This document shows, piece by piece, positions 25,935-34,783 of a stretch of 34,783 bases of DNA. Both the position numbers and the translations under genes were made by a program. Where the stretch lies: the IMG/VR virus record IMGVR_UViG_3300030372_003297, positions 1-34,783 of that record; one strand, given 5' to 3'. Numbering within the stretch: the stretch's first letter is position 1; each line of letters starts with the position of its first letter. A model generated the notes under the pieces. It was given only the letters and a program-made list of their open reading frames with translations, was not told the DNA's origin and searched no databases. This DNA is from a virus (taxonomy: Duplodnaviria; Caudoviricetes).

Positions 25935-25986
25935 ATTAATCACACAAGTCCGCCTTCCCAATGGAAAAGCAGATTGTAAGATTAAT
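25935..25986 (-). repeat. Conserved intergenic hairpin 2
   Basis: ATTAATCACACAA...TTGTAAGATTAAT with a different inner stem. Confidence 0.75.
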
Positions 25987-26185
25987 AATCTGAAATAGAA
26001 TTTACACTGTTTATAACATCCCAAACAAGCTGGTTTCCTTTTTCAATATCTCCGCAACCAAGCTCTTCTCTCTCATGCGGAGTGGTAATGTCAGCGGGTG
26101 TACATTCAGGAAATGCATCAGGATAATAAGTGCCGTTTTGGTCATGTTGCTTTATGCGTTTTTTAATCTGTAGAGTGTTTAACAT
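25982..26185 (-). CDS. Hypothetical early protein
   Basis: First ORF of operon, ACTAGGA leader. Confidence 0.6.
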   Translation of the reverse strand: MLNTLQIKKRIKQHDQNGTYYPDAFPECTPADITTPHEREELGCGDIEKGNQLVWDVINSVNSISDY

Positions 26186-26234
26186 AGTCCTAGTCTTTCA
26201 TTAACCGGCTGAGTCATTCCAACCGGCTCAGATC

Positions 26235-26263
26235 AAAGTCTCATGGATTTCCTTTCCCGTCAA
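26235..26263 (-). promoter_or_regulatory. Candidate sigma70 promoter for the early operon
   Basis: TTGACG-17 nt-GACTTT with extended TG. Confidence 0.45.
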
Positions 26264-26372
26264 TATCTTTTTCGTCATTAATTGTGTCACGTTATTAACA
26301 GCAATTAATGATTAATTGAATAATTGGCTTTTCCTTCCCGTCCTTAGATACTAAAACTCCTTTGCTTTTATT

Positions 26373-26828
26373 ATGTCAATTAAGGTAGTAAAACCCGTTT
26401 CAAAGAAGCTCGCCAAGCCAAAGACAGGTCGCAAGCCAATTGCCTTGAAACTAACAGATGAGCAGCTTGACGAGGCTAAACAGGCTTTGAGCGTGGGATT
26501 CCCTCAAGGTAGGATTGCAAGTCTCCTGGGGATTAGTGAGGCAGCATTTAGCCGGATGCTGAATAGGAACAAGGGTGATAATGAATTGGCTATATCCCTT
26601 TCTCTGGCTAAAGAGAAAGGTAAAAAGAATCTATTAGGATTAATAGACAAACACGCGCAGAAGAATTGGCAAGCTGCAGCATGGCTGCTGGAACGGTGCA
26701 ACGGTTCACAGTTCGCACAGCGAACCCAAACCGGATCAAGTCCACAAGTGACAGTAAACTTGCAAAATGTCATGGCCGCGCAAGCGAAACGTCCGGCAGA
26801 AAGCGTCAACAAGGCTAAAGACGTTTGA
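26373..26828 (+). CDS. terS: Terminase small subunit
   Basis: N-terminal HTH, NWQAAAWLLER; precedes TerL. Confidence 0.8.
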   Translation: MSIKVVKPVSKKLAKPKTGRKPIALKLTDEQLDEAKQALSVGFPQGRIASLLGISEAAFSRMLNRNKGDNELAISLSLAKEKGKKNLLGLIDKHAQKNWQAAAWLLERCNGSQFAQRTQTGSSPQVTVNLQNVMAAQAKRPAESVNKAKDV

Positions 26829-26893
26829 TAATAGCTCTGTTATTGTGGGTTATTCTAGTTTAGCGCGGTAGTTTGAGAAACTAGCGGTCAATC

Positions 26894-28435
26894 ATGCCAG
26901 CCAAATCTCCAAAGCCAAATCCGGAAGACCACGCCGACCCCAGGACCCCCACGGTCAGTAAGGTTGCTTCTGCACCCCCCTCTCCAAAACAGCCCAAAAC
27001 AAAAAGACTTACAGCGAAGCAGAAGAAAGAACTGGAGCAGAGCAAGACCTATGACTTGCAATGGTTTCCTGAGCGTTGGTTAGGCGAGCAGCCGTATGGC
27101 TGGCAGTTTGATGTGTTGAAGGCATTGAACTACAAGGAGAGTCGGGTGGCTTTGAAAGCGGCCAATGGATCGGGCAAGACGAGCATGGTAGCCGCAGCGG
27201 CTGTGGTTTGGCATGTGGTGAACTTTCCGGAGAGTCTGTGTGTTTGTACTGCTGGAGTGTTTAGGCAGGTTGAGGGCGCGTTATGGCCCGCTATCAGGCG
27301 GTTTACAAGTCAGTTGACAAATGGCGATGGATTTGAGGTGACACAAAGTGGTTTAAGGTTTGTGAATGGGGCTAGGGCGATTGGGTTTAGTGCGAGTGAC
27401 GCGCATAAGGCGGAGGGTTGGCACAGGCAGGGGCCGACAGATAATCTGATGTTTATTGTGGATGAAGCGAAGGGCATTCAGGACGAGAAGATTTTCCATG
27501 CGGTAGAGAGATGTCAGCCTAGTCGGTTACTGATGATGAGCAGTCCTGGGGCTGCTAGTGGATTCTTTTATGAAGCTTTTACCAAGCAAAGAGACAGGTG
27601 GGACACATTTACGGTGACGGCGTTTGATTGCCCGCATTTGACCAAGGATTGGATTGACGAACAGGTGAGGACGTATGGGGAGAAGAGTCCTTTGATCCGG
27701 TCTATGATTTATGGGGAATTTGTTGATGACAGTGATGAAGGTGTGGTTTTGAGTCTGCGTGAACTTGAGGAATCCTTACAAAGCCCCCCGAAAAGAGGGG
27801 AGGGGTTGAATGTGGCTTTTGTGGATTTTGCTGCTGGAGGAGATGAAACGGTGTTTTGTTTGCGGAAAGGCAATGAAATTACGGAGATGGAGACTTGGAA
27901 GGAAAGAGACACCAACAAGACCATTGGCAAACTGATTAATTTATTTGACCGCCACGGGTTAGTGGCTGACGAGATATACGGGGATGAAGGCGGGATGGGC
28001 TTACCGTTGTGTGATGCGTTAATGGACGCGGGTTATGACATACACAGGGTTAATTTCGGAGGTAAACCGTTTGATGCAAGGTATCAGAATCGGGGTGCGG
28101 AGATGTGGCACACTGGTGCGAGGGCAATAGCTAATAAGGAAGTGATCTTGCCTGATGACAAGAAACTCCATCAACAGCTTGTGTCAAGACGGGTGGAGGT
28201 AAGTCGGCAAGGCAAGCTGGGCCTTGAACCGAAAGACAAGATGAAATTGAGGGGGTTAGCCAGTCCGGACAGGGCTGACGCAGTGTTGGGGGCTATTAGT
28301 TGTGGGGGCGGTGTGGGGGGTAGTTGGGAGAAATATGATGCTTTAAGCCGCCCCACCCTTGAGCAGTTGTACGACGAAGCCGGAGCTATGGCCGAGTATG
28401 ATGCTGTCCCAGACGGGATGTTCACAGGGTATTAA
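26894..28435 (+). CDS. terL: Terminase large subunit
   Basis: AANGSGKT, FIVDEA, SSPG, VDFAAGGD, SPDRADA. Confidence 0.93.
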   Translation: MPAKSPKPNPEDHADPRTPTVSKVASAPPSPKQPKTKRLTAKQKKELEQSKTYDLQWFPERWLGEQPYGWQFDVLKALNYKESRVALKAANGSGKTSMVAAAAVVWHVVNFPESLCVCTAGVFRQVEGALWPAIRRFTSQLTNGDGFEVTQSGLRFVNGARAIGFSASDAHKAEGWHRQGPTDNLMFIVDEAKGIQDEKIFHAVERCQPSRLLMMSSPGAASGFFYEAFTKQRDRWDTFTVTAFDCPHLTKDWIDEQVRTYGEKSPLIRSMIYGEFVDDSDEGVVLSLRELEESLQSPPKRGEGLNVAFVDFAAGGDETVFCLRKGNEITEMETWKERDTNKTIGKLINLFDRHGLVADEIYGDEGGMGLPLCDALMDAGYDIHRVNFGGKPFDARYQNRGAEMWHTGARAIANKEVILPDDKKLHQQLVSRRVEVSRQGKLGLEPKDKMKLRGLASPDRADAVLGAISCGGGVGGSWEKYDALSRPTLEQLYDEAGAMAEYDAVPDGMFTGY

Positions 28436-28469
28436 GCTCATAAAAATAAAATCGTATATCCGGCTATTG

Positions 28470-28488
28470 CATTAATGTGTCACATTGT
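28470..28488 (-). promoter_or_regulatory. Motif A copy upstream of the portal operon
   Basis: Minus strand acaatgtgacacattaatg. Confidence 0.6.
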
Positions 28489-28607
28489 GGTAAAGGGCTT
28501 TTAGTGTGTGACGTTGTGTTGGGTGCGGAGATCGCATCAACGGCAGTCTTGGTGAGATACATCTTCAATGCGCCGCATGAATCAGAGTTACGCACTTAAA
28601 GGATTTT

Positions 28608-28706
28608 ATGGGTAAAGTTAACAAATACGGACATACCAAGCCGACCAAGGAAGACAAGAAGGATAAGGCGGCTAAACGGGGGCGAAATCGTAAACGGGGT
28701 AGATAA
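28608..28706 (+). CDS. 32-aa basic peptide, not in ORF track
   Basis: MGKVNKYGHTKPTKEDKKDKAAKRGRNRKRGR; AAGGA RBS; TAATG coupling. Confidence 0.6.
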   Translation: MGKVNKYGHTKPTKEDKKDKAAKRGRNRKRGR

Positions 28707-28828
28707 TGCCTTTTAAAAGCAAAAGGCAACGGAGGTGGATGTACGCTAATAAGCCTAAAATGGCAAAGGATTGGGAGAAAGAAACTCCCAAGGGCAAGAA
28801 ACTTCCGGAGCGTAAAAAGTCTAAATGA
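28706..28828 (+). CDS. 40-aa basic phage protein (MPFKS..Q.RW type), not in ORF track
   Basis: MPFKSKRQRRWMYANKPKMAKDWEKETPKGKKLPERKKSK; ATGA overlap with portal. Confidence 0.75.
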   Translation: MPFKSKRQRRWMYANKPKMAKDWEKETPKGKKLPERKKSK

Positions 28829-30729
28829 GCCAACACCTTTATAGCCTGATTATTGACGATATTAAAAGCCGCTCCCGTTGGGAGCAAAGGCAGAGTCTTT
28901 GGTATCGTATGCGTAATGACGGGTTACGCCGGAAAGTAAAGCCTTGGCCTAACGCGGCTGACATGCACTTCCCTTTGGTGGACACCACTATTAGCAAGCT
29001 TAAGCCAGCTTTCTTTCAGCAAGCTATGGGGTTGGATGTGCTGGCTACTTTTGTGCCTATGCGAAGTCAACTAGCCGGATTCACTTCCGCAGCCGAGCAT
29101 TGGTTTTCTTATAAGCTCCATGAAAAGAGTAACTATTCCACTGAAGTAATGAGTTGGATTGACCATATGCTCGTCAGTGGTCACGGGGTTATTAAAACCA
29201 TCTGGAATCCCGACAAGAAACAGGTGGAGTTTCAGGCCGTTGATCCCATGCACATTATTGTGCCGCCTTGGACAAAGGAAATCAGTGGGGCAGACCGGAT
29301 TACTCAAGTAATTCCGATGAGCTTGGAAAGCTATAAGCGAGCAGGAATTTATGACACAAGCGACAAGGTAATAAAACAGATTGTCGGTAATCAGGAAGAA
29401 GACGCGGGTATCAGTAATGAATTAAAAGACAACAAACTTAACCGTGAAGGATTAACTTTCTCCCCTGAAAAAGATCAGGTGGTGGTGTGGGAAGTGTACC
29501 AGCACAACGAGGATGGTGAGTGGGAAATGGAATGTTTCTCTCCGCAAGCTCCCGATGTGAAGTTGCGCGATTCCATGAAGGTTCCCTACGACCACGGACT
29601 ACCGCCCTTTTCTTCTGCCAAATATGAGATTACTGATGGTGGCTGGTTTTCTCCGCGTGGAGTGTGCGAAATGCTTGGCAACTTTGAAGCGTCCCTGAAC
29701 AAGACTTGGAATGAAAAGATGGATGCGTCCACTTTATTTAACAAGCCCCTGTTTAGAGCCGAAAGAGATTTACCTAATTCAGTTAACCTACGCCTTAATC
29801 CTGGGCAAATCCTTCCTTTTGGAATTGCCCCAGTTCAAATGCCCAACACGCCAATGGACTTTGATAAGGACATGATGCAAACGCAGTCGATTGCCGAACA
29901 GCGCGTAACGGTTCCCGATTACGGAATCATGGCTGACAGAGATCGCCGCACGGCCACGGAGATTGAGTCGATAAATGCTCAATCCCAACAAAACATGGAC
30001 TTACGTTTGCGTCTCTTCCGTCAGGCGTTGGGTGATTGTTTCCGTCAGGCATGGAGTTTGTTGCTTCAGTTTGACAAGCAGGATTTACAGTATCGGTACT
30101 TGGAAGATTCTTTAACGCTTGATCCGGTTGCTTTGCATGAAGATTACCAACTGGAACCACGGGGAGGCATGGACATGGTAAGTAAAGCCATGCTTCTGAA
30201 TAAAGCTATTCAGCGTAAGCAACTGTTTATGAATAGTCCGTGGATTAATCAGGTTGAATTGGACAAAAGCATTTTGGAACTGGAAGACCCCTCTCTTGTT
30301 CCCCGACTGGTTCAAGACCCGAACCAGAAAGAAGGTGACGAGGTTATTGCCGAGAAGAAATTAATACCTGCCCTGCTGGTAGGTGAACAAATTCCGGTGC
30401 AGCAAGGTATTGATGCGCGGGTACGCATTGGTGTGCTGATGCAGTTCCTTGAGAGATCAGCCCAAAGCGGGACTATGATTAGCCCACAGGGACAACAAGC
30501 CTTTAGCGCAAGGTTAGGTGAACTTTTAAATGCCTATGAACAGGTGGACACAAATAACGCACGGGCATTAAGAAAAGATGTTGAAGGATTTTTGGTACAA
30601 CTCGGCTTCATGCCTTCCAAGGAGGAACAGGAACAAATGGAAGTGGCGGCGATCACAGGACAGATGCCAGCCCCCGAAGCGCAAATGGTGGAGCAAACTG
30701 AAGCGGTGGTACAGCAGGGAGACGTTTAA
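28825..30729 (+). CDS. Portal protein
   Basis: 634 aa after TerL; G.GVIKT.W, RTATEI motifs of P22/N4-like portals. Confidence 0.85.
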   Translation: MSQHLYSLIIDDIKSRSRWEQRQSLWYRMRNDGLRRKVKPWPNAADMHFPLVDTTISKLKPAFFQQAMGLDVLATFVPMRSQLAGFTSAAEHWFSYKLHEKSNYSTEVMSWIDHMLVSGHGVIKTIWNPDKKQVEFQAVDPMHIIVPPWTKEISGADRITQVIPMSLESYKRAGIYDTSDKVIKQIVGNQEEDAGISNELKDNKLNREGLTFSPEKDQVVVWEVYQHNEDGEWEMECFSPQAPDVKLRDSMKVPYDHGLPPFSSAKYEITDGGWFSPRGVCEMLGNFEASLNKTWNEKMDASTLFNKPLFRAERDLPNSVNLRLNPGQILPFGIAPVQMPNTPMDFDKDMMQTQSIAEQRVTVPDYGIMADRDRRTATEIESINAQSQQNMDLRLRLFRQALGDCFRQAWSLLLQFDKQDLQYRYLEDSLTLDPVALHEDYQLEPRGGMDMVSKAMLLNKAIQRKQLFMNSPWINQVELDKSILELEDPSLVPRLVQDPNQKEGDEVIAEKKLIPALLVGEQIPVQQGIDARVRIGVLMQFLERSAQSGTMISPQGQQAFSARLGELLNAYEQVDTNNARALRKDVEGFLVQLGFMPSKEEQEQMEVAAITGQMPAPEAQMVEQTEAVVQQGDV

Positions 30730-31094
30730 TGGAAAGACTTATTAGATTTGTCAGGGTTGCTTGGAAACTTTCAGGGCACATGCCTTGGATAGATGAAGCG
30801 GAGTGGGAGGCTGAAGATGTTGCCACCCTACGTCAGTTTCTTGTGTCTAAGTCCGGACGCAAGTTGCGGAGGATTTTATTGAACATGGTGCTGCGACAAA
30901 ACGCGGCTGTGGTATCACAACGTGACACCAACCAATTAAAATTTGAAGCAGGGTACGCCAACGGAATGCGTACCACGGTTCATACACTGGAGGCATTGGC
31001 CCGTGATATTGAACCGGAAGAAGATTTACCATCGGACGTATTCGGGGTCGGACGTGCGATGAGTGAAGACCCCACAGCACGGCGTGTGTTCTGA
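30729..31094 (+). CDS. Hypothetical head-region protein
   Basis: FL.S.SG..L...G...G pattern between portal and scaffold. Confidence 0.6.
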   Translation: MERLIRFVRVAWKLSGHMPWIDEAEWEAEDVATLRQFLVSKSGRKLRRILLNMVLRQNAAVVSQRDTNQLKFEAGYANGMRTTVHTLEALARDIEPEEDLPSDVFGVGRAMSEDPTARRVF

Positions 31095-31140
31095 TTGCAA
31101 ACACGCGACGAGGATTAAGCAATCAATAGGGAAGCACTGA

Positions 31141-32088
31141 ATGTCAGAAGAATCCGGCGAAGTAACCGCCGAACAACTATTGGCCGCTGCCTCGCAGTAT
31201 GATGCTGCGATGGATGCGGGGGAACAACCGAGCATGGTTATTGATTCTCCAGAGGAGAATGAGTACCCAGCAGTGGAAGAACCTGAAGCTGAGAGTAAGC
31301 CGGAGGAAACTCCACCGGAACCCGAAGCAGTCAGTGCGGATAAAGAACCTGATAGTTCTTTGACAGAACAGGAAGAGGCGAAAGCCCCTTCTCCGAAAGA
31401 CAAAAGCAAGTACGCCAAGAACCGTGAACGCTTGAATAAAACTTGGGCCGAAGCCAATGAGGTGAAGGAACAAAACAAGCGGGATCGGCAAGCCATTGAA
31501 CAGGCACAAGCGGAACTGGAGAAACAGCGGCAACAACTTGCCGCGACACAAGGATACCGCGACGAGCATGGTCATACGGCCAAGGACTACGAGGAAGCAG
31601 CAAAAGGGTTTAGGGATGAAGGCGAAACCAAACTGGCTGAAGCGGCTGACAGGAAAGTTGAAGAACTTTCCCAAAAGCAAAATCAGGCAGTGAAGCAAGC
31701 CAACGAAGCTAAACACTGGGAAACCTTTGAAGCAAAACGCCAGGAATTAATGCTCAAACATCCCGACCTACAAAAGTCTGACTCCGAGTTAACCAAGCGA
31801 GCGAACGCGCTGCTGCAAGCACATCCTCAAGTGGCAAATATGCCCGATGGATTACAGGCAGCAGTTAATGGCGCGGTTATGCAGATGGAAGCGGAGAAAG
31901 GGAAAAACGCATCTACTGAACTGTCAGAATTACGGGAACGATACAACAAATTGGAAAAGAAATTGTCAGTTACAGGCGGGTTCACAGCGGGTAAAGCCGA
32001 TGGTGAGAAAGGATTTGATGACATGAGCGATGAAGAGCAAACGCAGTATTTAATGCGAGCCGCATCAGCGCATGACGATAGTCTTTAG
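31141..32088 (+). CDS. Scaffolding protein
   Basis: Acidic Pro-rich N-terminus, coiled coils, DMSDEE C-terminus; precedes capsid. Confidence 0.75.
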   Translation: MSEESGEVTAEQLLAAASQYDAAMDAGEQPSMVIDSPEENEYPAVEEPEAESKPEETPPEPEAVSADKEPDSSLTEQEEAKAPSPKDKSKYAKNRERLNKTWAEANEVKEQNKRDRQAIEQAQAELEKQRQQLAATQGYRDEHGHTAKDYEEAAKGFRDEGETKLAEAADRKVEELSQKQNQAVKQANEAKHWETFEAKRQELMLKHPDLQKSDSELTKRANALLQAHPQVANMPDGLQAAVNGAVMQMEAEKGKNASTELSELRERYNKLEKKLSVTGGFTAGKADGEKGFDDMSDEEQTQYLMRAASAHDDSL

Positions 32089-32098
32089 CCATTGCATC

Positions 32099-32117
32099 AC
32101 ATTGTGACACGTTAAAC
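32099..32117 (+). promoter_or_regulatory. Motif A copy directly upstream of the capsid RBS
   Basis: acattgtgacacgttaaac. Confidence 0.7.
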
Positions 32118-32139
32118 TGACAGAAAGGAAAACAGGCTT

Positions 32140-33198
32140 ATGCCAACGACAACCACAACTCTATCCAACCAGTATCAGAACTATTTCAGCAAGAAATTGC
32201 TGTCCTACGCTGTTCAGGCATTGGTTATGGATCAGTTCGCCGAAAAGGCTCCCCTTCCTGCGAAGGCGGGTCATAAGGCAATTACCATGTTCCGTTTCGG
32301 AGCACCTTCTACTTCAGATATTGAAAATCTGACTGAAGGCACTGCCCCTAGTGGAACTCGCAACCTCTCACTCGCTAAGATTGAGAAGTCACTATCCCAA
32401 CGCGGTCAGGTCATTAAATTGACTGACATCCTTACCGCTACAGACTTGTTCAACAGCTTACAGCAGTCGATCAAGACTAACGGTGAAGATGCTGCCCTAG
32501 ACATGGACACCATCACTCGCAACACAGTGGTTGGTTCTAATGTTGCTGGCACAGCAAAAGAGAATGGAGACGGAAACGCACTGGACAACAGCGACTCGCT
32601 CACTGAGCAGTATGCTGACGGTGGTTCTGACTACTCCACTTTTGATGCTGCCACTGGCACTGACACGGTTATGTCTGCTTCAGCAATTCTGGATGCAGTT
32701 ACCAAGCTGAAAGTGAATCGCGCACAACCCGCTAAAGGTGGAATGTACGCCGCACTTACCAGCCCACAGGTGTTAAGTGACATCATGCAAATCAGTGAGT
32801 GGTTGAACGCCAGTCAGTACAGCAATGTAGAAGAACTCTACAAGGGCGAAGTAGGCTCGCTGTATGGTTGTAAGTTCATTACCACCACTAACGGATGGTC
32901 TTCGGTCTACTCGTCTGCTGACGATGACCGTTTTGCCTACTCCAATAGCGGCTCAAAAGACCGCGCAGCCGGAGCAAACATCTACGCCACGCTCTTTGTT
33001 GGGCAACAGGCTTACGGTGTGCCTGAATTGGCCAGTCAGTCTCCATTCAGCCCGAAGGTGATTATCACCGATCAAGCTGACAAGACCGACCCGCTCAATC
33101 AGCTAACCACTGCCGGAATAAAGATGTTCTGGACTGCGTTACGACTGAATTGCAACTACTACTCAATCATGCGTAGTAAGAGCAACTCAACAGCTTAA
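32140..33198 (+). CDS. Major capsid protein, N4-gp56 family
   Basis: LTEGTAP, Q.G..I.LTD, GEVGSLYG.KF, DPLNQ....G.K. Confidence 0.9.
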   Translation: MPTTTTTLSNQYQNYFSKKLLSYAVQALVMDQFAEKAPLPAKAGHKAITMFRFGAPSTSDIENLTEGTAPSGTRNLSLAKIEKSLSQRGQVIKLTDILTATDLFNSLQQSIKTNGEDAALDMDTITRNTVVGSNVAGTAKENGDGNALDNSDSLTEQYADGGSDYSTFDAATGTDTVMSASAILDAVTKLKVNRAQPAKGGMYAALTSPQVLSDIMQISEWLNASQYSNVEELYKGEVGSLYGCKFITTTNGWSSVYSSADDDRFAYSNSGSKDRAAGANIYATLFVGQQAYGVPELASQSPFSPKVIITDQADKTDPLNQLTTAGIKMFWTALRLNCNYYSIMRSKSNSTA

Positions 33199-33212
33199 CA
33201 ACTAATCAAGTT

Positions 33213-33617
33213 ATGAAACCTAAAGGTGGAGTAACCCTTATTATTGCCGTGGGAGGGGGGAAACCCCCTCACCACGGTCATTCCAATAGAAAGAAAAAAG
33301 GTTGCGAAATGATTAAAATTCCAATGGAGGCATTAGTCTCTGACGACGAAGCAGGTGAAGGAGTTTCTCCTGAAGTGGGTGACATGGTGGGTTTAAGCTC
33401 AGTAGAGGGTGAAGTTAAAAAGATTGGCGACGATGGCAGTGTCCACGTTGAACTCCAATCAGCTAACGGCCAACCCGTTGAGTACGTGAGCCATGATGCC
33501 AAGGAGCATGACGAGAAAAAAGCTGACGCTGAAGAGGTGCAAGCCGACGAGATGGAAGCTGAAGAATCCATGCTGCGAGCAATGGCAGAGGAAGAAGACG
33601 AAAAGGCAGGTTATTAA
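33213..33617 (+). CDS. Hypothetical acidic protein (start may be ATG 33309)
   Basis: PEVGD.V...VEGEV; ORF after capsid. Confidence 0.6.
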   Translation: MKPKGGVTLIIAVGGGKPPHHGHSNRKKKGCEMIKIPMEALVSDDEAGEGVSPEVGDMVGLSSVEGEVKKIGDDGSVHVELQSANGQPVEYVSHDAKEHDEKKADAEEVQADEMEAEESMLRAMAEEEDEKAGY

Positions 33618-33884
33618 ATGCCCATTTACTCTTTTGCTTCAGAGGACGGAACGACGATTGAAGAAGTAGTGTCATCAGGCACTAAAAGCATTTGCCGTGA
33701 CGGAGTTACCTACAAGCGCAGTATTGCCAGTGAAGGTTTCTCTGTTCCTGGGCAAGTCAGGATTCCGACACAGGCAGAACAGGTTAAGGACGGATATTAC
33801 AAATTAGAGCAAAGTAAAGGTTCACAGTTTTTAAAGAACTCAACCTTTACTACAAAACAAATTAAGAAGGCTTGGGGGTTTTAG
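33618..33884 (+). CDS. FmdB-like small protein lacking the zinc Cys residues
   Basis: MPIYSF...G...E start. Confidence 0.55.
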   Translation: MPIYSFASEDGTTIEEVVSSGTKSICRDGVTYKRSIASEGFSVPGQVRIPTQAEQVKDGYYKLEQSKGSQFLKNSTFTTKQIKKAWGF

Positions 33885-33887
33885 GTT

Positions 33888-34783
33888 ATGGCTACGCTAA
33901 CGGGAAGAACTATTGCATCAAGTTACACTGAGTTACTCAAGACAACGAGTGCCAGTGGAGTAACAGGTTCACTGGATACAGTACAGGATGGTGACGCAAC
34001 TAATTCTGCGCTACAGATCAGTACCGCTGGCGTTAAATCTACAGGCACACTTGCGTCTACTGGTATCACCACTCTATCTGCTGACTTACGTTTGGAAGAT
34101 GATGCTGGCGGGGAGTATATTGGTATTGGTACTCCTTCAGCCGTCACCAGCTACACGGTCACTTTACCTGCTGCGGTAGGTTCAAGTGGTCAGGCTTTAA
34201 GGACTTCAGATTCTTCCGGCACACTGGAATGGTTCACACCGGAAGTCGGAGACATTACTGCTGTTACCGCTGGGACAAACCTTAATGGAGGTGGATCAAG
34301 TGGTGATGTTACTCTTAATCTGGACACTACCATTACTGGTCTATCCAGCGTAACCTCCACAGCTTTTGTTGGAGGACTGACCGGAGACGTTACTGGTAAT
34401 GTTACGGGCAACGTCACGGGAAATGTAACCGGAGACGTAACTGGTGATGTGACAGGAGATGTTACTGGCAATCTTACTGGAAATGTTACAGGCAACGTAA
34501 CTGGAGATTTAACCGGAAATGTTACGGCAACATCTGTTTTAGCTAATGGTGTTACCGCAACTACTCAATCGTCAGGAGATAATTCTACAAAGGTTGCTAC
34601 TACTGCGTATGTTGATTCACAGGTAACTGCGGAGGATTTAGATTTTCAGGGAGACAGTGGAACAGGGTCAGTAGATTTAGACTCACAATCTTTGGACGTT
34701 GCGGGTGGAACGAATATTACCACAGCAGCATCCAGCCAAACTTTAACAGTAAATCTTGATTCTACTTTAACAGGATTATCCAG
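33888..34783 (+). CDS. Tail fibre, N-terminal part; runs off the window, not in ORF track
   Basis: MATLTGRTIASSYTELLK...TLPAAVGSSGQAL.T..SG.L.W, (G-D/N-V/L-T)n, NSTKVATTAYV. Confidence 0.88.
   Translation, partial: MATLTGRTIASSYTELLKTTSASGVTGSLDTVQDGDATNSALQISTAGVKSTGTLASTGITTLSADLRLEDDAGGEYIGIGTPSAVTSYTVTLPAAVGSSGQALRTSDSSGTLEWFTPEVGDITAVTAGTNLNGGGSSGDVTLNLDTTITGLSSVTSTAFVGGLTGDVTGNVTGNVTGNVTGDVTGDVTGDVTGNLTGNVTGNVTGDLTGNVTATSVLANGVTATTQSSGDNSTKVATTAYVDSQVTAEDLDFQGDSGTGSVDLDSQSLDVAGGTNITTAASSQTLTVNLDSTLTGLS
34373..34530 (+). repeat. 12-bp-period coding repeat (G-N/D-V/L-T)n
   Basis: GLTGDVTGNVTGNVTGNVTGDVTGDVTGDVTGNLTGNVTGNVTGDLTGNVT. Confidence 0.85.

Noticed and set aside
31026-32024. 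Minus-strand ORFs over the scaffold gene and similar antisense ORFs in structural genes
   Set aside because: Typical shadows of biased-composition sense genes
1-34783. Stop-codon reassignment explaining the split genes
   Set aside because: Long core genes are intact under code 11 and the splits involve frame changes

Overview
Near-complete, circularly permuted genome of a temperate, podovirus-like dsDNA phage in its excised form (intact attP); both window ends fall inside tail-fibre coding sequence. Order: tail fibre C-terminus with chaperone domain, holin/spanin-like genes, tail adaptor and nozzle, three putative ejection proteins (1-12.9 kb); RHH protein, metallophosphoesterase, attP carrying the 5' half of tRNA-Arg(CCG), tyrosine integrase, membrane ankyrin protein (12.9-16.9 kb); regulation/recombination/replication genes (RHH, two Xis-like HTH, ERF, split Cas4-like nuclease, SSB-like, C5 methyltransferase, DnaA-CTD, RusA-like, DUF1376 initiator; 16.9-23.1 kb); a minus-strand early operon with a half-size beta-clamp homologue (23.3-26.2 kb); terminases, portal, scaffold, N4-gp56-type capsid, fibre N-terminus (26.4-34.8 kb). 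Most notable: (1) enzymes encoded as two polypeptides in overlapping frames (MTase, RusA-like) plus a split Cas4-like nuclease; (2) an ACUAGGA motif at early-gene starts with its complement displayed between two hairpins at the operon 3' end, plus conserved intergenic hairpins; (3) attP that restores the 5' end of a tRNA; (4) two dispersed operator-like motifs; (5) a possible histone-fold protein. All product calls come from motif recognition by eye; no searches were run.
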